DNA of 64,000 bases from Acidimicrobiia bacterium. GTDB lineage: Bacteria; Actinomycetota; Acidimicrobiia; IMCC26256; JAGPDB01. Below are positions 55,123 to 62,970 of this stretch, piece by piece. Positions within the stretch are counted from its first letter, which is position 1. Each line of letters begins with the position of its first letter. The stretch is from the NCBI GenBank assembly GCA_046331265.1, contig JAXLRE010000006.1:36010-100009 (forward strand), in the 5' to 3' direction. The notes below the pieces were generated by a model that made no database searches, was not told the origin of the DNA, and saw only the letters and a program-made list of their open reading frames with translations. The position numbers were made by a program, and so were the translations under genes.

Positions 55123-56207
55123 TCTTCTTGAACATTCTGTTCAATAAATTCTTCTTCTAAATTGTTATCTTCATCTTTAGTCATCGCAAAAATAGCAGTT
55201 GCATTATTTGCATCAAAAGCTAAATCTACTGTTCCATCTTCGAGCTTATGTCTTGTAATAAATTCGAAAAATGACCCAGGTACTTCTTTATGCACTATTT
55301 CATCGTCGTCAAATCTGAATGCTCTTGATACCATGTCTGCTCTATAAGCAGTTTGTAAAATGTTTCCAGATCTTGAAACTTCAACGGTATCTTTTATCGG
55401 TGCGTTTAAGCGGTGTTCGTCTTCAGATAATGCCATGACATCATCGACACGATCTGTTCCATGATTAAAAGCATTACCTTCAGTTGCAATCCATGCCATT
55501 TCAGCAGAGTACTTTTTTAACTCTTCATAGGCAGATAGTAACGGTGTCGGGTGCTGTCTCGAAAATGCTGAAGCTAATGCCCCTAAAAAGTTTGTACATT
55601 TTTCTCTTGGAAGGTATTTATGTTCAGCAATGAAAGTTAAGTTGTCTAATGTTTCTTGATCGAGTGGATCGCGTGAATCTTCAACCACACTAATAACTGC
55701 TTTCTCAAAATTGTCGTCACCGACTTTTTCGGGATGGAATTCTGAAACAAAATATTGTGGAAGAACTTCTGGTAAGTCACTATGTGCATAACTTCTACCA
55801 GTCATTTTTAATTTCTCGAGGGGATAGACATCATTATTGAAATAACCAAGAGGAATAAGAATACGAGTAATTGAAGTTTCTCCTGGAGGCAAAGAACCAT
55901 TTCGAAGAGTTAATACAGTACGGACTGCACCATGATCTAGAAATATAGTTTGTTCTTCATTTTTTCGTCGTTGAAAATACTCCAATGCATGGGGCACTCG
56001 ATCAAGTAGATCTGCGTAGAGAGCTAAAAATAAACTCATTGAAATTTGTGCGCGCGAAACATTTTCGTCACCAAAAGAAGAAATTTGTTCTGGAACTAAA
56101 ATAACATGAGAAAAATCATCAATCCTTGCTCCACCAACTAGATCGCGTAAAACAGAATAAATTGTTACATCAGGACTAGCAAGAATCATATTGTTTTTTT
56201 GATTCAT
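55119..56207 (-). CDS. hglS: DUF1338-family 2-oxoadipate dioxygenase/decarboxylase (HglS/YdcJ-like)
   Basis: FLDHGAVRT (the family hallmark DHGA.RT); about 360 aa; neighbours are other lysine-catabolism genes. Confidence 0.65.
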   Translation of the reverse strand: MNQKNNMILASPDVTIYSVLRDLVGGARIDDFSHVILVPEQISSFGDENVSRAQISMSLFLALYADLLDRVPHALEYFQRRKNEEQTIFLDHGAVRTVLTLRNGSLPPGETSITRILIPLGYFNNDVYPLEKLKMTGRSYAHSDLPEVLPQYFVSEFHPEKVGDDNFEKAVISVVEDSRDPLDQETLDNLTFIAEHKYLPREKCTNFLGALASAFSRQHPTPLLSAYEELKKYSAEMAWIATEGNAFNHGTDRVDDVMALSEDEHRLNAPIKDTVEVSRSGNILQTAYRADMVSRAFRFDDDEIVHKEVPGSFFEFITRHKLEDGTVDLAFDANNATAIFAMTKDEDNNLEEEFIEQNVQED

Positions 56208-56218
56208 AATATTTCTTT

Positions 56219-57307
56219 CTACGTGTGAGTTACTGCAACGCCATCAGTAAATAAATGGCCAAATGAAGTTTCGACAAGATCGTCAAAATCTATGTCTTCT
56301 TGTTTGACAAATCCACTTTGAGGAAGAACGCCTTTAGATACAAGTTCAATTACGGCGCAACAACTAGCAGCTGTAGTCCAACTTATTGCACGCCAGTGTT
56401 TTCCATTTAATTCACGAGCATGAAAAGCTCTAACAAATGTGTCTCTAATAAGTTTCGAATCAATATGTCCTTCTGCAGCAGCATAAACATAAACAACATC
56501 GTCAGTAGTTTGTGGTTTTGCATCGAGCAACATATCCGCAATTAATTTTCTGTTGTTTCTTAAACGCATTTCGTCTGCTAAAAATGACATCAACTGACAG
56601 TGCCCAGGATAACGTAAGGTCTTATAATCTAGGTTTTCTACAACACCTGCATAGGTATCTGTCATGGTCCCTAACCCGCCAGAAGTAATGAACGCTTCTA
56701 GTTCGATACCGTTTATGATTACTTTTTCAAGTTCTTGTAATGACGGAACAGTTTTCTTTTGTCCGTGACGTATAACATGTGCGTCGTTTAAATATTCGTT
56801 GACGATTCCTTCAGCAGACCAGTTAACAGCATAACCAAGTAAACCATGTGGTGCGCGAGGTAACGCTCCAACTCTTAGTTCGAGTGAACGAACATTATCA
56901 AATTTTCGCATAATTGATGCGCCGACAATTCCAATCAAACCAGGTGCCAATCCACATTGAGGAACGAGTGCTTTAGTAGCTGTAGCAGAATTTTCGAGAA
57001 TAAAATTTGTTGACTCTACATCTTCAGTTAGATCGAAGTAATGAATGTCATTTTTCATTGCTGTTTTAGCAACATTGGTATTTAAAAAATATGGCATGCA
57101 GCTAACTACAGCATCGAAATTTTTCAATTTATTTTCGAGATCTATTTCATTCGTAACGTCTACTGTTTCTGTATTGAAAGGATGGTCTTTTGAAAAAGTT
57201 TGATCAAACCCGGTGACTTGTACGCCATCGTGATGAAGGAGGCTAGCGACCAGACTTCCGACTTTTCCTAGTCCTACCACTGCGACTTTATTAATTGTGC
57301 CTTCCAC
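56219..57307 (-). CDS. Saccharopine-dehydrogenase-fold NAD(P) oxidoreductase, probably L-lysine 6-dehydrogenase-like
   Basis: Rossmann N-terminus KVAVVGLGKVGS, Sacchrp_dh-type core (QCGLAPGLIG, EAFITSGG, RYPGH), 362 aa, and a pathway context consistent with this role. Confidence 0.6.
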   Translation of the reverse strand: MEGTINKVAVVGLGKVGSLVASLLHHDGVQVTGFDQTFSKDHPFNTETVDVTNEIDLENKLKNFDAVVSCMPYFLNTNVAKTAMKNDIHYFDLTEDVESTNFILENSATATKALVPQCGLAPGLIGIVGASIMRKFDNVRSLELRVGALPRAPHGLLGYAVNWSAEGIVNEYLNDAHVIRHGQKKTVPSLQELEKVIINGIELEAFITSGGLGTMTDTYAGVVENLDYKTLRYPGHCQLMSFLADEMRLRNNRKLIADMLLDAKPQTTDDVVYVYAAAEGHIDSKLIRDTFVRAFHARELNGKHWRAISWTTAASCCAVIELVSKGVLPQSGFVKQEDIDFDDLVETSFGHLFTDGVAVTHT

Positions 57308-57383
57308 ATATCCTCCATTACAGATCTAATATCTTATTGTCGACTAAGAATATGATTTTGTTAAGCTTATAATTCCAATACAT

Positions 57384-58829
57384 TTGGAAGAAAGAGACAA
57401 TATGGACAATGCGGAAGTTATTTCGAGACTGAGAGAGATCGCCAGTGTTCTTGACAGTGCTGACGGCGCTGCTTTAGAAACTTTTCTAGTCGATGGTCGA
57501 AATAACCATGGTGAAGCATTATGTATTGTTTCGCCAAATGATTTATCGGAATTAAAAGCAGTAGTTAAATTCTGTGTTGATAACGATATAAAAATTGTTC
57601 CACAAGGTGCACGTACCGGTTTAGTTGGTGCGAGCGTACCATTAGGAGACGACGCTAGAAATTGTGTAATTGTTTCGATGGAAAAATATCGAATGCCAAT
57701 TGTCTATAACAATGTGGACGGTAGAGTTTTAGTTTCTGCAGGAATGCATTTAGAAGAAGTAAATGAATTTTTACAACCTCATGGTGTAAAAGTTGCAATC
57801 GATATTAGTGTTGATCCTTCTTTTGGAGGAATGGCTGCAACCAATGTTGGTGGATCAAGTGTCGTGCGTTATGGGAATTTCCGTGATATGACAACTGGTG
57901 TTGAAGTCGTTTTAGCAGATAGTGAAACAAGTCTTTACTCAACTATTAATAGACCGGTAAAAGATAATTCCAAACTTGATTTCACAGGTACTTTTATTGG
58001 TTCTGGTGGGGCGCTAGGAGTAATTTCGCGAGTTGAATTAAAGACGTTTCCTTTAATAGGTAACTCGCATTGTTTTTGGATAAAGCTAGACAAAGATCGA
58101 GATATTTCTGATTTGTTAATAAAGATAAAATCCCATTTCGGTGAGAAATTACTTAGTTGTGAATTTGTTTCCCATGAAGCGTTAGAAGCCATAGCTATTT
58201 CCGAAGAACAGCAACAGTCAAATGTTTCGTTGCCTTTTGGTGACGATACTTCTGTGGATTCAATTTTTGTAGAGTTCGAATCAGGTGAACAAGATTTTGA
58301 CATAGATGAGCAAGCGCAATCTTTGGTGATGGAATTTCTTGAAGCTGTCGGCATTGATGATGTTGTATTTGTTGATACTAAAAATACTTGGGACATTAGA
58401 CATCGAATGTCAGATGCTGTAAGAGTTTCGGGTCAAAAGTTAATAGGATGCGATATTTCTACCACTGCAAATAATGTATTTTTATTAAGAACTCGTATAC
58501 GTGAAAAACTTGATGCTTTATACCCTGATTTAACTGTGGCAGATTTTGGCCACTTAGGTGATGGGGGATTGCATATGAATGTTGTAGTTCCATTTGGAAC
58601 TGAATTTGATGAAGGTCAAGTACTTGATGTTCGAAAAGCTATTTCAGATGAGGTTATGGAAATTGGTGGAAGTATTTCTGCTGAACATGGTAGAGGTTTG
58701 ACTAATAGACCGGTGTTGCAACAATATTTTGATCCAGTAGGCGAAAATCTTTTTGCATCGCTGAAAGATGCTGTTGATCCGTTTAACATTTTGGGACACA
58801 ACGGTACCGCACCATTTATAGAACGATAA
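57384..58829 (+). CDS. FAD-linked (PCMH/GlcD-type) 2-hydroxyacid dehydrogenase; a D-2-hydroxyglutarate dehydrogenase role is inferred from context
   Basis: FAD-binding type-4 domain (VPQGARTGLVGASVP) and a C-terminal SAEHGRG...DP.NILG segment typical of GlcD/D-LDH enzymes. Confidence 0.65.
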   Translation: MEERDNMDNAEVISRLREIASVLDSADGAALETFLVDGRNNHGEALCIVSPNDLSELKAVVKFCVDNDIKIVPQGARTGLVGASVPLGDDARNCVIVSMEKYRMPIVYNNVDGRVLVSAGMHLEEVNEFLQPHGVKVAIDISVDPSFGGMAATNVGGSSVVRYGNFRDMTTGVEVVLADSETSLYSTINRPVKDNSKLDFTGTFIGSGGALGVISRVELKTFPLIGNSHCFWIKLDKDRDISDLLIKIKSHFGEKLLSCEFVSHEALEAIAISEEQQQSNVSLPFGDDTSVDSIFVEFESGEQDFDIDEQAQSLVMEFLEAVGIDDVVFVDTKNTWDIRHRMSDAVRVSGQKLIGCDISTTANNVFLLRTRIREKLDALYPDLTVADFGHLGDGGLHMNVVVPFGTEFDEGQVLDVRKAISDEVMEIGGSISAEHGRGLTNRPVLQQYFDPVGENLFASLKDAVDPFNILGHNGTAPFIER

Positions 58830-58840
58830 CAGGGGATGAA

Positions 58841-60439
58841 ATGAGTAACTTTATACTTTCAGAAAAAATTTCTAATAAAGAGATTCCATCTACAGCAGAT
58901 ATTGCTGAAGAAGTTCGAAAAGTTATTGATTTGTTGAACATCGACTTAACTCAATATGGTTTTGAAAAATTAGATGCCGATACTAATGCCGGAACCGTTG
59001 ATGGAAAAGTTTTTGCGCGAACACCTATAACGGGTGAAAGCTATGGGTGTGTAAAAGCAGATAATGTTAAAGATGTAGAAATAGCTTGCGAAAAAGCTAT
59101 GCAAGCATTTTTAGAATATAGAAAAATACCCTCACCTGTGCGGGGTGAATTTGTTCGTCATTTTGGAAATTTATTACGCCAATACAAAACTGAACTTGGT
59201 TTCATTGTCAGCGTCGAAGCAGGAAAGATAATTAGTGAAGGACTCGGTGAAGTTCAAGAGATGATAGACATAGCTGATTTTGCGCTTGGTCTGTCTCGTC
59301 AACTTTATGGAAAAACAATTGCAAGTGAACGTCCTAATCATGTTATGAGAGAAACATGGCATCCATTAGGTCCCGTAGGTGCAGTTACAGCATTTAATTT
59401 TCCTGTTGCTGTGTGGGCATGGAATGCCTGTATCGCTTTTGTTTGTGGAGACCCTGTTGTTTTTAAGCCTTCAGATAAAAGTGTTATTGCTCCAATTATT
59501 TGCCACGAGTTAGCAAAACGTGCGGCTCGAGAATGTGGAATTGATGAGAACATTTCGCAACTACTTATGGGTGGTCCAGAAATTGCAGTTGCTTTAGCTG
59601 AGAACGAAAATATTGCTTTGCTTAGTGTTACTGGATCTGTCGCTGCGGGTTCTGCGTTAGCTCCGATTGTTCAAAAACGTTATGGCAAAACGCTTTTAGA
59701 GCTAGGTGGAAACAACGCCATGATTGTTACACCGAGTGCAGATTTAGATTTAGCTTTAAGAGCAATAACTTTTGCTGCTGCGGGTACAGCTGGGCAGCGT
59801 TGTACTACTTTGCGTCGATTAATTGTCCATAGAAGTATTTCACAAGATTTGTTAGGACGAATCTCGCGTGCATATGAAACTTTGAACGTTGGTAATCCTT
59901 TATTTGGTGAAACTTTAGTGGGCCCAATAATTGCTAAACCTGCGAGCGACATGTTGGATGAATCTTGTTCTATCGCAAGCGAAGCGGGTGAAGTTTTAGT
60001 TGATCCTGTCCGTGTTCATGAATCAAGTGCACCAAATGCATTTTATAGAAGACCTGGTTTAGTGAAAGTTGATAGCCATATCGACTTACTAGAGAAAGAA
60101 ACTTTTGCGCCTTTGCTTTATGTAATTGAATATGAAACTTTAGATGAAGCTATAGAAATGAATAATTCTGTTCCACAAGGGTTATCGTCTTCGATATTTA
60201 CTAATGATGTAAGAGAAGCTGAAACTTTTATTTCTAACTGGGGATCAGATTGTGGAATCGCGAACGTTAACATCGGACCATCCGGTGCTGAAATCGGCGG
60301 TGCTTTTGGTGGAGAAAAGACTACAGGTGGAGGACGTGAGTCAGGCTCTGACGCATGGAAAACATATATGCGTGTACAAACAAATACAATTAACTTTGGT
60401 GATACTTTGCCGCTAGCTCAAGGCGTTGAATTCCTCTAA
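58841..60439 (+). CDS. ALDH7-type alpha-aminoadipic semialdehyde / piperideine-6-carboxylate dehydrogenase
   Basis: LELGGNNA, FAAAGTAGQRCTTLRRL (essentially identical to the ALDH7A1 catalytic-Cys block as I recall it), and the C-terminus TINFGDTLPLAQGVEF (ALDH7 ...INYS.DLPLAQGIKF). Confidence 0.85.
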   Translation: MSNFILSEKISNKEIPSTADIAEEVRKVIDLLNIDLTQYGFEKLDADTNAGTVDGKVFARTPITGESYGCVKADNVKDVEIACEKAMQAFLEYRKIPSPVRGEFVRHFGNLLRQYKTELGFIVSVEAGKIISEGLGEVQEMIDIADFALGLSRQLYGKTIASERPNHVMRETWHPLGPVGAVTAFNFPVAVWAWNACIAFVCGDPVVFKPSDKSVIAPIICHELAKRAARECGIDENISQLLMGGPEIAVALAENENIALLSVTGSVAAGSALAPIVQKRYGKTLLELGGNNAMIVTPSADLDLALRAITFAAAGTAGQRCTTLRRLIVHRSISQDLLGRISRAYETLNVGNPLFGETLVGPIIAKPASDMLDESCSIASEAGEVLVDPVRVHESSAPNAFYRRPGLVKVDSHIDLLEKETFAPLLYVIEYETLDEAIEMNNSVPQGLSSSIFTNDVREAETFISNWGSDCGIANVNIGPSGAEIGGAFGGEKTTGGGRESGSDAWKTYMRVQTNTINFGDTLPLAQGVEFL

Positions 60440-60506
60440 CCCCCTTCTTCCGTCGTGTTGGGTCGATAAACTATCATTTTTCGATAGTTTATCGACCCAA
60501 CACGAG
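60431..60506. repeat. REP-like palindromic element, copy 4 (archetype: perfect 22-bp stem); a likely bidirectional terminator between convergent genes
   Basis: TTCCTCTAACCCCCTTCTTCCGT-CGTGTTGGGTCGATAAACTATC-ATTTTTC-GATAGTTTATCGACCCAACACG. The 5' flank contains the ALDH stop codon. Confidence 0.7.
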
Positions 60507-60515
60507 AACAATGAT

Positions 60516-61883
60516 CTAGGCCATAGCGTCGATAATTAGTTTTAAATCATCGAGAGTTGTTGTTGGATTAGTGATGCACAATCGTAAAAGTGTTTCTCCA
60601 TTTACAGATGTAGGAACGACAAAAGCATATTCCTTCTCTAACATTGCATCACACCACGAATAATATTGTTCGCTATTCCAGTTTTTTCGACGAATCAATA
60701 AAACACTGAGCTGAGGTTCAATCGCGAGCTCAACATGTGAACAACCTTCAATATATGTAGCTCCTGCTTTAGTCGTGTCGATACAAGTTGTTATTGCTTG
60801 TTTAAATGCATCAGTTCCATGCACAGCTAATGTAAACCAAAGAGGCAGGCCTCGAGCACGTCTAGTTAAATGATGTGCATAATCAGAAGGATTAAATTCT
60901 TGCGTGTCGGTAACAGGATCTAAATATTCTGCATGTTGTGAATGTGCAAGTCTTGCGTCAAGAGGATCTTTGTAAATTAAAGCAGCACAATCGTAAGGAG
61001 AGAAAAGCCACTTGTGTGGGTCCACAACAAAACTGTCTGCTTGTATAACTCCGTCGAATAGTGAAGCTGTCTCATCGCACAGCATCGCAGCACCGCCATA
61101 AGCACCATCTACGTGAAACCAAATTTCATTATCCCAAGCTATTTTTCCTGTATGTTTTAGATCGTCAACATATCCTGTATTAGTAGCTCCTGCTGTTGCT
61201 GCGATAGCAAATATTCGCGAACGATCAGAAGGAGAAAGCTCATCTAATGCTTTTTGTAAATTACTTGCAGTTAAACGATTAAATTCATCGCCTTCTACAT
61301 TAAAAATATCGACATCCATTGCCATTGCAGCATGACGAATAGAAGAGTGTGCACTAGGAGCACAAGCAATAGCTAATCTTTCACGCTCCATGTTTGGATT
61401 CACTCTTCTGAACCAGTGGCGTGCTGCTATCAGTGCAGATAAATTAGCTGCTGTCCCACCAGATACGAATACGCCAGCAGCACTTTGTTCGTAACCAATG
61501 ACATCCATTATGTATCTAAGTGCTTGATTTTCCGCAGCAACAACTCCAGCACCTTCAAGCCAGGTTCCACCATACATAGAACAAGCAGAAACCACCACAT
61601 CGAAAAGTGATGCTGCATTTGCTGGAGCATTAGTAACGAAAGCTAAATAGCGAGGATGATCTGTAGAGATAGTTGCAGGTTCAACAACTTGTTTAAAAAA
61701 ATCGAAAGCCTTTTCGCCGCCCAAACCTTTTGCTGTAATTACATCTTTAAATAAAGGCAATAATTCTTGAGGAGATTTTGTGCTTCCTAATGCAGGTGGA
61801 TCTTCTTCTAATCTGAAAAGAACAAAGTCTAAAATTTCTCTAGCAAGCTTTACTGTATCGTCATCAAATTTATGTAAGCCCAT
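60516..61883 (-). CDS. Group II pyridoxal-phosphate-dependent amino-acid decarboxylase (DDC/GAD/DABA-decarboxylase family); substrate unknown
   Basis: SGGTAANLSAL and the PLP-lysine block FVVDPHKWLFSPYDCAAL; 455 aa. Confidence 0.8.
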   Translation of the reverse strand: MGLHKFDDDTVKLAREILDFVLFRLEEDPPALGSTKSPQELLPLFKDVITAKGLGGEKAFDFFKQVVEPATISTDHPRYLAFVTNAPANAASLFDVVVSACSMYGGTWLEGAGVVAAENQALRYIMDVIGYEQSAAGVFVSGGTAANLSALIAARHWFRRVNPNMERERLAIACAPSAHSSIRHAAMAMDVDIFNVEGDEFNRLTASNLQKALDELSPSDRSRIFAIAATAGATNTGYVDDLKHTGKIAWDNEIWFHVDGAYGGAAMLCDETASLFDGVIQADSFVVDPHKWLFSPYDCAALIYKDPLDARLAHSQHAEYLDPVTDTQEFNPSDYAHHLTRRARGLPLWFTLAVHGTDAFKQAITTCIDTTKAGATYIEGCSHVELAIEPQLSVLLIRRKNWNSEQYYSWCDAMLEKEYAFVVPTSVNGETLLRLCITNPTTTLDDLKLIIDAMA

Positions 61884-62927
61884 TTATTTAGTGTCTCGTT
61901 TTTTAGCAGCTAATCCAGAAAGGACTTCCCACACAACGCGATGTGCGACATTAATTGTTGTTTCACTCACATCGTAAGGCGGTGAAAGTTCAACTATATC
62001 CATACCAACCAAATTTGTTTCATATGCAATTTGTCTTACACAACGTAATAGATCAGTTGATGTCATGCCGCCAGGTTCAGGGGTACCTGTACCAGGAGCA
62101 ATGCTTGGATCTAATACATCTACATCAACACTTAAATATAAGTATTGTGTTCCTTCTAAAGCTTGATCAATAGCTTCTCTCAGAACGCTTTTGATTCCTT
62201 TATCCCAGATGTCTTGGCAAGTATGCCAGCGCATACCTTGATCTTTCATCCAAGCAAACTCTTCTGCGCCTGGCCAATAACCGCGTAAACCAACTTGAAT
62301 AAAGTTTTTTCCATTAACTACACCTGACTCGATAAGTCTTCTCATTGGTGTTCCATGGCTATATAAGTTTCCGTCGATAATATTTCCTGTATCCGCATGT
62401 GCATCGAAATGAATCATGCCGACATTGCCCATTCCATATTTTTTAGCAACAGCCGTAACACTAGGAACAGCTATCGAGTGATCTCCACCTAGCGCTATAG
62501 AAAATATTGACCTCGAAGTTACTTCATAAACTCGATCCTCAATGCTTTGACGCGATATATCCCACATTCCTGCTTTGCATATAGCATCTGCAAAATCAAC
62601 ACAGGTTAAGTAATCAAATATTTCTACACCTAAATCAATATTGTAGGTTCCTGGGTGGTACCAATTTGATCTTAATGCTGCTGGACCGAATCTTGCACCG
62701 GGTCTATTTGAAACGTTTGCATCATATGGTGCACCAACAACTGCTACATCTGGTTTAAATTCATCTAATTGTGATGGCTCAGTCAAATATGGAAACTTAC
62801 CAAAGCTAAGTAGACCTTGATACTGTGGCGCATCTAATTGTTCCGCCATGCCTGGAGGAATTAATTTAGCTAATTCAGGAGAAATATTTTGTTGACCATT
62901 TTCATTTATATTGCTGGATTTATCCAT
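61884..62927 (-). CDS. Arginase-family ureohydrolase (agmatinase / guanidino-acid hydrolase type)
   Basis: Mn-binding motifs GGDHSI, HFDAHADT and SVDVDVLDP. Its stop codon abuts the decarboxylase start with a 0-nt spacer. Confidence 0.85.
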   Translation of the reverse strand: MDKSSNINENGQQNISPELAKLIPPGMAEQLDAPQYQGLLSFGKFPYLTEPSQLDEFKPDVAVVGAPYDANVSNRPGARFGPAALRSNWYHPGTYNIDLGVEIFDYLTCVDFADAICKAGMWDISRQSIEDRVYEVTSRSIFSIALGGDHSIAVPSVTAVAKKYGMGNVGMIHFDAHADTGNIIDGNLYSHGTPMRRLIESGVVNGKNFIQVGLRGYWPGAEEFAWMKDQGMRWHTCQDIWDKGIKSVLREAIDQALEGTQYLYLSVDVDVLDPSIAPGTGTPEPGGMTSTDLLRCVRQIAYETNLVGMDIVELSPPYDVSETTINVAHRVVWEVLSGLAAKKRDTK

Positions 62928-62970
62928 AAGAATAGATTATTCGAAGTTGCTTAGCATTACACGAACTAAA

